From the NCBI GenBank assembly GCA_051530055.1, contig CM121343.1:5550389-5614388 (forward strand): a DNA stretch of 64,000 bases, given 5' to 3'. Position 1 is the first letter of the stretch. Every line of letters begins with the position of its first letter. Below are positions 25,607 through 39,439 of the stretch, piece by piece. A program made the translations under genes and the position numbers. The notes under the pieces are model-generated. The model saw only the letters and a program-made list of their open reading frames with translations. It ran no database searches and was not told the origin of the DNA. This stretch comes from Neoechinorhynchus agilis. Taxonomy: Eukaryota > Animalia > Acanthocephala.

Positions 25607-26883
25607 CAGCCGGGACGACGATCTAGAAGTAAGTGCATTCAAGAAGAGTCGTGGCTAATCTATCAATCATGCAAGTTAACACTACTAGACAGATATTGTG
25701 TATATTCATCGATCGTCATGCACGTACACACACACACAAATTGGCGTTGCGCCATACAGTTTTATGGTCATCATATTTTTTTAGGAGTCTTCGAATATGA
25801 GGTTTTCGGCGTTACGATAACCCAAATCAAAAAATTAATAATTAAAAGCCAAGGGAATTGTATTTAATATGTTTGTTTATGTATCACTAACCGGTCGATG
25901 AACGAAGCGGATGAACCGAGCAGAAGAGGAGGGCATTCGGGATCTTGAGTACCAGGTAAATGATGATGATCGGTCTTTGGTAGACCATTTTTATATACGA
26001 GAGCTTTCTCTCCTGAGAAGTCGGCAGTAGGTATAAAAACGGTGCAATTTACACATAGATTTGTTGGTACTGACAGCGAGACTTCTGAGGAGAGGCACAA
26101 ACTCCGTTATTAATTGGTTTTCTAAATGTACTCCTTCTTTATTCTGAGCACGAATTTCTAGGTTTGCGCTGTGTGTGTGTGTGGAATAAATCAGTTTGCG
26201 AAACCACAACCACATTAGTGTGATATAATAGATAACCCGCTTCCTGCTGTAGACCTGCTTACGGGCCACAATTCTCATCAGGCTGTTGACGTAAACTAAA
26301 CAATGGCTGCTGCGCCTGATGGCAAACAACTAAGACATACAACAAATCAGCTTGACGAGTTGTACCAGCGCTACGAATTCCCGGCCTTCGGAACAATGCA
26401 GACGCTTGAGATGTGAGCACGGGGAGAAATAAAGACGTGACTGATTGTGATTAGCGAGAAATAGGCCCCGTAACATGCGGATAAAATCACATTTTCGGCT
26501 GTCAAATGGAGAAGAAAATGGCCTATTTATGATATTGATTCAATGGACCAACAGAACGCTTCTGATCCATCTACTCATGAGCATAATTTGATGTTCGAAA
26601 GACCTACAGTCCCCGTTAAAGTTCATCAAAGAAACGAACACAATTACCTGGATTTTAAAGCAAAACGCTAAATTCACAAGTGAGAAACGCCTAAATATCT
26701 AATAAGAAATATACTCACTAGGGCAGGTTATTAAACATCGAAATTACTCAGTTATCGTTCAGATAATTTTGGTTTTGTTTACGAAACAAATAAAGAAATA
26801 GTCGTAGCCGCAAAGCATGATTATCTCAAACACTTTGCCTTGCATTTGAATGTATAGACTCATGGAGTAATGATTCAGGTTTC

Positions 26884-29500
26884 GCTGCTCACTCGAAAAT
26901 CTTTGATTCCATTTCATATTGCAAATATATAAATCGGAAATTTATCGAAGATCCATGTCTCCTGAGTCAAAGGCAAGAATTGATATCCCTCTTTAGCATT
27001 GATCCACAATTGGCTCCTGATTCGACAATCTTTGATTCCATTTCATATTACAAACATATAAATTGGAAATTTATCGAAGATCCATGTCTCGTCAGTCGAA
27101 GGCAAGAATTGATATCCCTCTTTAGCATTGATCCACAATTGGCTCCTGATTCGACAATCTTTGATTCCATTTAATATTACAAGCATATAAATCGGAAATT
27201 TATCGAAGATCCATGTATCTTAAGTCGAAGTTAAGAATTGGTATCCCTCTTTAGCATTGATCCACAATTGGCTCCTGATTCGACAATCTTTGATTCCATT
27301 TCATATTACAAGCATATAAATCGGAAATTTATCGAAGATCCATGTCTCGTGAGTCAAAGGCAAGAATTGATATCCCTCTTTAACATTGATCCACAATTGG
27401 CTGCTGATTCGACAATCTTTGATTCCATTTCATATTACAAACATATAAATTGGAAATTTATCGAAGATCCATGTCTCGTGAGTCAAAGGCAAGAATTGAT
27501 ATCCCTCTTTAACATTGACCCACAATTGGCTCCTGATTCAACAATCTTTGATTCCATTTCATATTACAAACATATAAATTGGAAATTTATCGAAGATCCA
27601 TGTATCTTAAGTCGAAGTTAAGAATTGATATCCCTCTTTAGCATTGATCCACAATTGGCTCCTGATTCGACAATCTTTGATTCCATTTCATATTACAAGC
27701 ATATAAATCGGAAATTTATCGAAGATCCATGTCTCGTGAGTCAAAGGCAAGAATTGATATCCCTCTTTAACATTGATCCACAATTGGCTGCTCACTGGAC
27801 AATCTTTGATCCGTTTCATATTACAAACATATAACTTGGAAATTTATCGAAGATCCATGTCTCGTGAGTCAAAGGCAAGAATTGATATCCCTCTTTAACA
27901 TTGACCCACAATTGGCTCCTGATTCAACAATCTTTGATTCCATTTCATATTACAAACATATAAATTGGAAATTTATCGAAGATCCATGTATCTTAAGTCG
28001 AAGTTAAGAATTGGTATCCCTCTTTAGCATTGATCCACAATTGGCTCCTGATTCGACAATCTTTGATTCCATTTCATATTACAAGCATATAAATCGGAAA
28101 TTTATCGAAGATCCATGTCTCGTGAGTCAAAGGCAAGAATTGATATCCCTCTTTAACATTGATCCACAATTGGCTGCTCACTGGACAATCTTTGATTCCG
28201 TTTCATATTACAAACATATAACTTGGAAATTTATCGAAGATCCATGTCTCGTGAGTCAAAGGCAAGAATTGATATCCCTCTTTAACATTGACCCACAATT
28301 GGCTCCTGATTCAACAATCTTTGATTCCATTTCATATTACAAACATATAAATTGGAAATTTATCGAAGATCCATGTATCTTAAGTCGAAGTTAAGAATTG
28401 GTATCCCTCTTTAGCATTGATCCACAATTGGCTCCTGATTCGACAATCTTTGATTCCATTTCATATTACAAGCATATAAATCGGAAATTTATCGAAGATC
28501 CATGTCTCGTGAGTCAAAGGCAAGAATTGATATCCCTCTTTAACATTGATCCACAATTGGCTGCTCACTGGACAATCTTTGATTCCGTTTCATATTACAA
28601 ACATATAACTTGGAAATTTATCGAAGATCCATGTCTCGTGAGTCAAAGCAAGAATTGATATCCCTCTTTAACATTGACCCACAATTGGCTCCTGATTCAA
28701 CAATCTTTGATTCCATTTCATATTACAAACATATAAATTGGAAATTTATCGAAGATCCATGTATCTTAAGTCGAAGGCAAGAATTGATATCCCTCTTTAG
28801 CATTGATCCACAATTGGCTCCTGATTCGACAATCTTTGATTCCATTTCATATTACAAGCATATAAATCGGAAATTTATCGAAGATCCATGTCTCGTGAGT
28901 CAAAGGCAAGAATTGATATCCCTCTTTAACATTGATCCACAATTGGCTGCTCACTGGACAATCTTTGATTCCGTTTCATATTACAAACATATAACTTGGA
29001 AATTTATCGAAGATCCATGTCTCGTATCAAGCAAGAATTGATATCCTCTTACATGAATCCATGTCTCGTGAGTCAAAGGCAAGAATTGATATCCCTCTTT
29101 AACATTGACCCACAATTGGCTCCTGATTCGACAATCTTTGATTCCATTTCATATTACAAACATATAAATCGGAAATTTATCGAAGATCCATGTATCTTAA
29201 GTCGAAGTTAAGAATTGATATCCCTCTTTAGCATTGATCCACAATTGGCTCCTGATTCGACAATCTTTGATTCCATTTCATATTACAAGCATATAAATCG
29301 GAAATTTATCGAAGATCCATGTCTCGTGAGTCAAAGGCAAGAATTGATATCCCTCTTTAACATTGACCCACAATTGGCTCCTGATTCAACAATCTTTGAT
29401 TCCATTTCATATTACAAACATATAAATTGGAAATTTATCGAAGATCCATGTATCTTAAGTCGAAGTTAAGAATTGGTATCCCTTTTTAACATTGATCAGG
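26884..29500 (+). repeat. Tandem repeat, 129 bp unit (~20 copies) with a 387 bp three-monomer higher-order period
   Basis: The unit translates to 43 aa (ISLFSIDPQLAPDSTIFDSISYYKHINRKFIEDPCLVSQRQEL). ORF starts recur at 27238, 27625, 28011 and 28398 (387/386/387 bp apart). Confidence 0.96.
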
Positions 29501-31729
29501 AATTGGCCACTGAACAGTTGTCTTTTCGACGAGTGGAAATGGTCCTAAATCCGAAGTAAATGTCGAACAAAGTTGAAGCTTTAAATCAATTCATAAACCG
29601 TCGCCTGTATTAAAATCATAGATGGTCTAACGATCGCTGTATGGCGATCAAATTGCATGGATCTAGTTTAGCCTTTACTATTGGCGGCCGACTGCAAAGA
29701 AACTGAGTTTTAAATGACCGAAGATCTTAGTGACCGGCTAAATTGTAATGTCGAGAGATTTGATGAATTTGAGATTAATGGAAGCATTTAATTTGTTAGG
29801 TCGGTTGCTGAATATTCATGGATAATTTGTAGTGTATTTTTGTAGGGCTGAAAGGTCGTTTGTGCCTTGAGAATTTATAATCAGTTATAGTAGCGAAAAT
29901 AACTTTTTCCTCGCCATTTAAGCAGGTTTTTATTAGGTGTTTAATGTGTGGTATCCAATTTCCTTTTATTGTAGGACGCGAAAATATTTTTTTAGATTAC
30001 AGAGGCCAGTTATTTAATCTAAAACAATAGCATTTTCTAATAATGATAAAAATTCTAACAATGAATTGTTTTATGAGAGAAAATTCTCTGACAATCATTT
30101 GAGAATTTTTGACGGATATAAATTGAAATCGTACGTAGCCTGAATTTTTAATCTAAAATAATTCCATTCGTGTTTTTTAGAATGACGAAATTTAAATTAA
30201 TCAGTTTCTGATTTTATATTGAGAACATCGATAATCTATCCGTAAACATCAAAATGTTTCCATTTGATCACAAAACTCAAAATTAAAAAAAATTCGGATT
30301 TGATAGGAAGGATGATAGCGAACAAAGCTTCCCTGACATTGTATGTCGGACTAGTAACCCAACGAGTAATAAAATGTTTAAATGTTGATAGTCGACGCTA
30401 ACAAGAGACACAGACTCGGACATGCGTCAACGTTATCCCATTATCCTCGCGATATTCCTACCGGCAATTTGATTTGTTATTTTGGCTTAATTGTAATCTT
30501 AATTTCAGTTGAAATAAAATCTCCTTTGCTATCTTAACAGTGCGTTTGGATCAGTCTGTCACGACTGTACTGAAACCCACTAGGATAAAAGTTATTATCC
30601 GAGTATTTAATATTAAGTCTGAGGAAGGCTAATGATGGCATCGAATTTCCGTTGGAATTCAATCTACCGATTGGAGTCTTCATGAATCGTTGTGTAAGTG
30701 CTGTAAATTTGAAGTTTAAAATAGTCGCAGAATTGGGAATGTGAGTTGTTGGAACGATTGGTACGAAACGTTGGACGTAAACTGCTCTTATTTGAACGAA
30801 TTAAAATGTCAACTATTCAGGATTGTTTTGGGATTGGTCATATCTGCCCTTTACATTCCTAATAAGGGGCTTACGCATTGTATGACTGCGAGTGGTTCAG
30901 GTAAAGATTTAAGCTTGCCACAATTCTTAAATTTAGACTTCAGCGGTAAATATACTGATAAAAATATTTTTCGGTGTGAGGATATTTTAACGCTGATTTA
31001 TTTATGGATGAGCGGTCTGTTTGGTTGTTCCGACCGACTGGCACTCTAGTTGAAAAACTCTAAAATTTTGGTATTTTCCACCTTAAAACAAGGTTCGTAA
31101 ATGGTAGTTGGGATAAATGCTGAATTTGGGTACGATAAGTAATGTCAACAAACCCACAGCGGTGACATTTCTCGCAGGTGACCCCATTTACTTTCATTAT
31201 TGGCGATTTGAGGTATATTTAATGGCTCTTAGGCATAATGATTACTCGATGCATTTTGTTATTTTGAGTAGCCTGCAAAATTATGCACTTGGAAGATTTT
31301 TAGAGACTACTTTTTCTATCAAAGTGCCGATCTCGAGAATATGACTTTTCGAATCACCGATAATCAGTATGCAACACCAATAGCTCTACATATTTCTTAA
31401 CGTCTATAGAAACTTCTAAATGTCGAAGATTGTATGTGTTCAGCAACCTTAACGAAAAACATTATCATACATGGGAAAGTGTTTCGGTTTCTATTCAAAA
31501 CGCCATAATCCGTTTGGCTCTTTGTGAAGGAAACGATTTATTTCTACCTAAAAAAGATCAAATAGGCGTCTGGAGCTGACATTCAACTCGGAACCGAATC
31601 ATCTCATTCAAATGGTTTACTGTAATCGTTCGTCTTTTTTATTCAAAGTTCTCGAGTTGTACACATAAGAATAAATGCAACGTCCGAAATTCCGTCTCTC
31701 AAAAGGTTTAAACGTGTCTCAAACATTCT

Positions 31730-32860
31730 TCTTCTACAGCCTTTGTCCCGTTTGGATGCGGGGTCGGCTACTTTTGATAGTGGTGTCCGCCATTTTATTC
31801 GATCACTGGCTTCGTCCGGATTAAGTCGGGTCCGCTTCGAATGGTATCGAGCCAGCGTTGTTTTGGTCGACCTCGGGCTCGTTTGTGTTTCACCTCGATT
31901 TCCAGCCTAGCAATCGCTATGGCACCTTCGTTGGAGCGCATCACATGACCATACCAGCGGATTCGGCATTCTCTGAGTTTGTGGATGATCGGCGCAACAC
32001 CATAACGAAGTCTGATGTCGTCATTTCGGACGTGATCCAGGCAAATGTGTCCAGCGTAAAATCTTCGATTCCACGCTGACCAATCTTTTTTCAGCGGCCT
32101 TCGTAATCGGCCAACATTCAGCGACTGCTATTCTGTAGATTGTAAAGAAATTATTCATTATAGTTTCAGTTTCAATTAGCGATCTTTGATTCAGAAAAAA
32201 TTCTGTAGATCACTGACCTGGATGCGTCCTTTAATTTCCGATCACATAGGACACCCGTTGCCGTCCCCCTCCACTTTAGCCACGTTGCATTGATTCGTTC
32301 ATTGATTTCTGTTTTAAGCTCACCGTCCAACGAGATCGTTGATCCGAGGTAGCGGAATTTTTCTCAACGTGGCAAGTCAGTGTCGCGAATTAGTGCCGGT
32401 TTCGTTTGCCTTGGTTGTTAGGTACATTGACTTGATTTAGACGCAATCCGTGCTTTGAGAGTTTATCATGCCACGTCTCTACCAATTTTTCGAGATCATC
32501 TTTATTCTCTGAAGACAGGAAGACGTCGTCGGTATAAAGGATTGTGAATGTGGTAGGACGCGCTGTATGCCCTGGCTGATCGTGTCCATGAAAGGTATAA
32601 ATAGTAAGGGAGGAAAGCGCACTTCCCTTATGAACGCCAACGGAGATATTGAAAGCATTCGATATCCCCGTCGCAGCATTTAGTACTCTGCTCCTAGGAT
32701 CTGTATATCGAAGTTTCACGCACTTTACGAGCCCCTCTGGGACTCTATGGTTACGTAGCGCGTGCCAGATAAGTTCATGGGGTACACGGTCTAACGCTTT
32801 TTCGAGGTCAAGGAAGGCTCCTGGTGACAAGCCGAGCGACAGGTCGATCAGGAGGTTTCA
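31730..32860 (-). mobile_element. RTE-clade LINE, RT domain to 3' end, decayed
   Basis: FLDLEKALDRVPHELIW, VGVHKGSALS, LYTDD, EKFRYLGS, RIRWYGHVMR and RGRPKQRWLD motifs. Confidence 0.88.
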
Positions 32861-33614
32861 AGACCACCTTCATCGCTAACCCAACCAAGCGTGCCTCAAA
32901 CATTGCAGAGATAAATTTAACCAAAACATTCAGCGTTCAACATGAACTTTGCTTCCTAGAGCAAGTGAAAAGTCACATATTGGATAGTGTAAGAAAGGCG
33001 GTGGAAACACGTTACTCGCTCTCTAGTTGACTATTATGACACAATCATAGTTGCGACAGTGAGTAAAAATAATAACTATTGATTTTGGCCAAAATAAGTG
33101 GAAATATCTAACTTTAATTTGTTTGAACAGTTATAAGTTTAATAATTCTTCGTAAACCCAAGGAGTTTTTGTAGATTTTGAAGATATCTAAGAAGGTCTA
33201 TTACCTTGGTGATATTTGCGTTTTTTGCATGCGACAATTCACAACGCTCATCTCCGCAGCGGTCCACCACCACCACCACCACTTGATGCGAAACATATCG
33301 GTTCAAACGACCGTGCTGCAAACTGCATCGACGGTGAATCCGGCTCTAACGATAATCGTGAATGAAACGCCTCTTTTCGCGCTACGAATCTTTACATGGC
33401 TGATGATTATAATAATCAATATTTGTTTGATTTTGTCATGTGTTGAAATGCGAGTTCACCTAATGTACATCTACCTTTATTTGCAACATCGAAAACGGTA
33501 CAAGCGTTACATGAACCTTGACCAAGAATCTACACACGGTTCCACAACCTCCACTGACGACGACGACGGTGTAGGAGGACTTGTAATCAGAGATGACAAT
33601 ACCTGAATTTTTTA

Positions 33615-35352
33615 AATAAACATAATATATTTTTTACAATCTGTTTGAAGCACACTCACCACCTCCCGGCAAATTCCAGCTTTTGTCCTCGACCGTCGCC
33701 GTCACGCTGGCAGCATTTCCCCTTGAAATAGAACCTTTTTGGAATTCTTACCTTGCTCCCCGGTTCAAGATTCTTTTATTATTACTATTTCGAAAGAGCA
33801 AAACCTCGCCTCGTCCGGGCCATTTCTTGTAAGTCTTTAAATATGTGAAGCAATGACCCGGATAAGGCGTTGTTTCCTCCTTCGAAATATTTCGGGGATT
33901 ATGATCAAAAATCATTCATCATTTACCATCTCGGAGGATTTTCTTGATATGATTTTAAAAATCTGTACGCCGAAATTTCGAACTGCACAATAAATTTAAT
34001 GAACCAGTTAAAGGATTAATCGTGGCGGTACTCAGTTTGGACTGTATCAACGCTGCACTTGTTTTTAGGTCAACACGAATAAAACTGATACACACGCACG
34101 ATAGATAAATTTCCCGGGATTCTTCGATTAAAATGATTAAATGGGTTCTCGTATTTTTTTAAAAGGAAAACATAATATATTTTTAACAATCTGTTTGAAG
34201 CACACTCACCACCTCCCGGCAAATTCCAGCTTTTGTCCTTCCTCGACCGTCGCCGTCACGCTGGCAGCATTTCCCCTTAAAAAGAACCTTTTTGAATTCT
34301 TACCTTGCAATCCCATACCACCCGGTCCTTTTCCCATCTCCCTAAATGCCTTAGCACTCTCGACTAAGACAGTCTCTCAGAGTTGTACAATTCCTCCCTC
34401 TCAATAATAAGCACGGTTCGTGTGTGTCTATATGACTGGGAAGTGTATAAAACGCTGGTGTGTGCGTAAGCCAGCGCTGCCACTATCATCAGCTAGAGCG
34501 TACCAATCTTTGTCTTTTCGTAATAGCCCTCAGAACACGCAACCTTCTCTCAGGTGACAAGGAACCCGGATCCAATCTTTGGACATCCGTGAATCTAATC
34601 GCGGATATCTTCTAGGAAAAAAAACTTCATGTTTCAAGGGAACCAATTCTCGCACCTTTATTTCACATAGGCTGAATGGTGAGACGACTCCTCAGACGAC
34701 ACTCTGAACAAAACAGAGCGTCTCGAATGTCAAGGTACTCAACGCTGTCGTGTGATTTTTCACTTTTTTCCCACGTTCAAACGCGTTATTGATCATTTTG
34801 ACCGGGACTTCGTGTCCAAGGGATTCTTTAATCGACCTTTTTAGCCGCCGGTCAATATCGTGGAGATGGACGGCTGCCATATTCATCCTCTGAGGAAAAT
34901 CTTCTGTGATTGCATCTCTCATTGTGCCGACTCAACGAACGTCTCGGTTTTATAAGATTCTCCTTATTTTAAAGCTTTCGACCTTTGAAAGCAAAAAAAT
35001 CCGATTTTCAGTCATTGAATCTCGACTTGTGTCTCTAAATATTTGACATCTTCTTAAATCTACGGTTCATTTGCACAACGTCACTTCCTTGAACAAAAAT
35101 GCATTTTTGCGAACAATTTGTTCATTTCCTCTGCATAAATAAAGATTCCCATTTTTACATGTATATTTAAATTTCAACAAATCTGCCATTATTATGTGTT
35201 CCCAAAAGCAAATCCAAGCGGAAATTTTTTTAATATCTGATTTTGCGAACTTTCAGATTGTCATACAGTTTTCTATTTGGTTACTTTTCTTTACATTCAC
35301 CACCTCCCACCAAATTCCAGCTTTTGTCCTTCCTCGACCGTCGCCATCATTG
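33615..35352 (-). repeat. Three copies of a ~70-140 bp exon-like segment (33615-33760, 34165-34305, 35285-35352)
   Basis: Shared CACCACCTCCC..AAATTCCAGCTTTTGTCC(TTCC)TCGACCGTCGCC. The minus strand reads ATVEEGQKLEF(A/G)GR followed by GT. Confidence 0.75.
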
Positions 35353-35562
35353 AAACGTACAAAAAACGATTAAAGACACCAAATGAACAACAACTTTTAT
35401 TTAAATTGACCGCTCGGTCCCCCCCTATTTCTTCCGTTTTACTCACCAACTTGTCCGGATGAACAAAGAAATGGTTTAGATGGCCGTTTTGCCCCATATT
35501 TTCCCTCCTTGCGGACCATCTTTTTATGTTACGGAGTCCTTAATTTGTCTATAGATTAAGAA

Positions 35563-36987
35563 ATGCGACGAAGACAGGCTGGATCAAACGCAAGTCAAAG
35601 CAGCGACCAAATCGATTGCTTCTCCGATCCGAACGGATGTCCACAAACGATTCTTGACCCGAAACGTTCTCCGAGTCAGTCATTTTCCCAACTAATACTC
35701 GACCGGTATGGATTCATCCAAAGTGTGAACAACTCGACTCGAATTCCATCCCACAACCACCGCCAACAACAACAACAACAACAACAACCATCGACGAACG
35801 ACAACCAGCATTGTGGTGATTCGTCACACGAAGAACAATCTCATCAATGGTGGGGGGATCCATCTGAATCCAGTGGAACCAAAACTATAGACAGTCTTAG
35901 CAGTATGCTGGACATCAATGTACTCCACCGTCACGAATCCAAATGGATAGAAATGTTCAAGAACTGGCCTGATTTCATGGATAAAAGGTTCCAAAAAGTG
36001 AAATCACGGTGCAGGAAAGGTATTCCGCCTTCAGTACGCGGATGTGCGTGGAGGCATTTAAGTGGAGCAGTCGTCCTTGAAGACGAGAACCCAGGTTATT
36101 ACTTTGAATTGGTTAAATCCGATAAAGGCGATCCTAAAGTGCTCGCTGAGATCCAAAAAGATTTACATCGATCATTTCCGAATCATGAACTATTTTACGA
36201 TGATGGAGTCATCAATCCAACGTCTTCTTCTTCAAGTCTACCCAGAGGCCAATCTGATTTATTTGATCTTCTTAAAGCATATTCACTTCACAATCCATGC
36301 GTCGGATACTGCCAGGCACTTGCACCGGTCGCGTCCGTCCTATTAATGCATTTACCGGCACACCAAGCATTCTGGGTATTGGTGGCTACGTGCCAATATT
36401 ATCTTGAAGGATACTATAATCCGGATTTGAGTGCTTTGAAAACTGACGCTGACATCCTTGATAAACTCCTGGAGAAATTCGCATTTAAACTGCACCATCT
36501 CTTACATGAAACTGGCACAGAACCAGTTCTTTTTGCAACGGAGTGGTTCCTATGCATATTCTCAAGAAGCCTTCCTTGGGCAAGTGTCCTCCGAATATGG
36601 GATGCATTCTTTTGTGAGGGGGTCAAGATTCTGTTTAAAGTAGCGTTCATTTGGATCCGTCTTTCATTGGACCCAAAATTCAGGCTTAAAATGCGGAGCA
36701 TAAAAAAGTATAACGTTAAAGCGCAATATACAATTTCACATTCAAGACAAATTTCAACGGATAATTTTTTGAACGTAGGTGAAATGAAACCTTCCTCGTT
36801 CGACTCGGTTTTTACTTCGTGTGAACAACAAGCCGATATTCTATCCAAGATTAAAAGTGGACCAATTCAAAATTTAAACGCTGAAGATCTTATGCATCAG
36901 TTATCTAAACTACCGATTTCCGATCATGACTTATACGATGTCCACAAATCGGTTTTTCAAAAAACAAAGAAGTCCAAAGGAGTATGA
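35563..36987 (+). CDS. TBC1D10: TBC1D10-family Rab GTPase-activating protein, intronless
   Basis: DRYGF, W..M..NW..FM.K...KVKSRCRKGIPPSVRGCAW, IQKDLHRSFPNHELF, GYCQ, and WFLCIFSRSLPWASVLRIWDAFFCEG TBC motifs. Confidence 0.92.
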   Translation: MRRRQAGSNASQSSDQIDCFSDPNGCPQTILDPKRSPSQSFSQLILDRYGFIQSVNNSTRIPSHNHRQQQQQQQQPSTNDNQHCGDSSHEEQSHQWWGDPSESSGTKTIDSLSSMLDINVLHRHESKWIEMFKNWPDFMDKRFQKVKSRCRKGIPPSVRGCAWRHLSGAVVLEDENPGYYFELVKSDKGDPKVLAEIQKDLHRSFPNHELFYDDGVINPTSSSSSLPRGQSDLFDLLKAYSLHNPCVGYCQALAPVASVLLMHLPAHQAFWVLVATCQYYLEGYYNPDLSALKTDADILDKLLEKFAFKLHHLLHETGTEPVLFATEWFLCIFSRSLPWASVLRIWDAFFCEGVKILFKVAFIWIRLSLDPKFRLKMRSIKKYNVKAQYTISHSRQISTDNFLNVGEMKPSSFDSVFTSCEQQADILSKIKSGPIQNLNAEDLMHQLSKLPISDHDLYDVHKSVFQKTKKSKGV

Positions 36988-37461
36988 GTTACAATTGAAC
37001 TAAATTGTACCTTTTGTACATTATATTTGTACATCTCCTCTTGAATTGTAAATCATCTTCATTAAATCTTCACTTTTGACGCACTTCGTTCGAAAATTAG
37101 TTCGCTTTTAACCCCTTTAAAAGAATTCGACAGATATGAAAACCTTCAAGAATTCTGATCCGCTCATATTTGGTAGGGATATTTATTACAAGCCAACATG
37201 TCTCATGGTGTTATTCTTGAGATGATAATTTTCCATTATAAACTAAATCACTAAATCGTAGACCGCCTATCAAAAACCTGCAAAATACCAATTGCTTATT
37301 TTCGTCAAAAAATAGAAATCAGGTGCATTCCATTAGAGTGAGTCGGAATCAAGGATTCTTGAACTTAAAAGAAATACGTAAAAACCATTTTCATATAAAC
37401 TGCGCCATCAACATATCAGCCGTTCGGTTCAAATTCAATCCGTGACCAAGCCAAACAACGC

Positions 37462-38782
37462 AATTCTTCAAATTTTACTATTTGAACGCGGACGAATAGC
37501 TTTTAAAATAACTGATTAAATTTAGAAGAGAATCAAGAACGGTCCAAGTTAGAGGAGAAAAGATTTTACGTCCTAAAATCGTAATTCTTAAAATATTATT
37601 AGTTGAACGCCAGCGAATAGCTTTTAAAATAACTGATTAAATTCAAAAGAGAATCAAGAACGGTCAAAGTTAGAGAAAAAATAAACGAAAAGATTTTACG
37701 TCCTCAAATCGTAATTCTAAACGAAAAGATTTTACGTCCTCAAATCGAAATTCTTAAAATATTATTAGTTGAACGCTAGCGAAAAGCTTTTAAAATAACT
37801 GATTAAATTCAGAAGAGAATCAAGAACGGTTCAAGTTAGAGGAGAAAAAAAACGAAAAGATTTTACGTCCTCAAATCGAAATTCTTAAAATATTATTAAT
37901 TGAACGCTAGCGAAAAGCTTTTAAAATAACTGATTAAATTCAGAAGAGAATCAAGAACGGTCCAAGTTAGAGGAGAAAAAATAAACCAAAGGATTTTACG
38001 TCCTCAAATCGTAATTCTTCAAATTTTACTATGAACGCTGACGAATAGCCTTTAAAATAACCGATTAAATTCAGAAGAGAATCAAGAACGTTCAAAGTTA
38101 GAGGAGAAAAAAAACGAAAAGATTTTACGTCCTAAAATCGTAATTCTTAAAATATTATTAGTTGAACGCCAGCGAATAGCTTTTAAAATAACTGATTAAA
38201 TTCAAAAGAGAATCAAGAACGGTCAAAGTTAGAGAAAAAATAAACGAAAAGATTTTACGTCCTCAAATCGTAATTCTAAACGAAAAGATTTTACGTCCTC
38301 AAATCGAAATTCTTAAAATATTATTAGTTGAACGCTAGCGAAAAGCTTTTAAAATAACTGATTAAATTCAGAAGAGAATCAAGAACGGTCCAAGTTAGAG
38401 GAGAAAAAATAAACCAAAGGATTTTACGTCCTCAAATCGTAATTCTTCAAATTTTACTATGAACGCTGACGAATAGCCTTTAAAATAACCGATTAAATTC
38501 AGAAGAGAATCAAGAACGTTCAAAGTTAGAGGAGAAAAAAAACGAAAAGATTTTACGTCCTAAAATCGTAATTCTTAAAATTTTTCTATTTGAACGCCAA
38601 CGAATGGTTTTTAAAATAACTGATTAAATTTACAAAAAAGATCAAGAACGGTCAAAGTTAGCGGAGAAAAAAACGAAAAGATTTTACGTCCTCAAATCGT
38701 AATTCTTAAAATATTATTGGTTGAACGCCAGCGAATAGTTTTTAAAATAACTGATTAAATTCAGAAGAGAATCAAGAACGAT
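37462..38782. repeat. Satellite, ~131 bp unit, ~10 copies
   Basis: TGAACGC anchors at 37482, 37603, 37769, 37900, 38032, 38162, 38329, 38460, 38591 and 38721 (approximate). Two units carry an internal ~35 bp duplication. Confidence 0.93.
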
Positions 38783-39439
38783 AAAAGAGAAAATGAGTGT
38801 ATTTCCCACTAATTTAAAACGAATGAAACACTGAATAATTATATCTTGTCCGCCTTTGCTGCCAAAATCTAAACAATTAACGGGAACTTAAAAATAGTGG
38901 GTTAAATCCAAGGTTCCGACTGTTCAATCGCTATTTCTTTAAAAAGTATACCCTCAATTCTTCCGAGCATACTTTTATTCATCAAATTTCATAGCAAATA
39001 CTCACGTTAACAATGAAATGGACGATTATTTCATTCCCGAATTCAATCTCAAATGCATTTAAGACAATCGTTGTCTTTGAGGCATTAAGACAAAACTGAA
39101 TGACCGAATATGCGAAAGTTCAGTTTATTCCGCATCTCGCTCGAGCCTTGAACTCACCGAGCGAAAAAATCGTGATCGCCAATTGAATCATCGTATTTCT
39201 TGGTCAACTTTTAAAGTTATCGACTAATTCGAAAATAGCGAAATCGTCGTATCTTTACTCCTCTTTTATTTTCTGCTACAATCACACGCACAAATGTTTA
39301 TATCGGCAGCGCCGTCTAACACACTCGCGCGATTATGCTTCAACTTTCTCACGAAGCGGCGATCTCTCATGAACTCTCATTATGCGGTCAATAGTGACTT
39401 CCTCCTCATTTATCTCAATCTCCGTAATCAATTAAGAAA

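Noticed and set aside
27200-29470. In-frame TAA replacing CAA as evidence of a TAA=Gln genetic code
   Set aside because: Lon ends at TAA at the expected C-terminus and the Flower-like gene also ends at TAA, so the code is standard.
29550-31620. Scattered exon-like pieces (e.g. RKANDGIEFPLEFNL, weakly USP-like)
   Set aside because: Could not be joined in consistent phase and no catalytic Cys/His box was found; a gene may exist but is unsupported.
33178-33606. 142 aa ORF with a His run and hydrophobic stretch
   Set aside because: The His run is a CAC microsatellite readable as Pro in another frame; no homology or clear splice structure.
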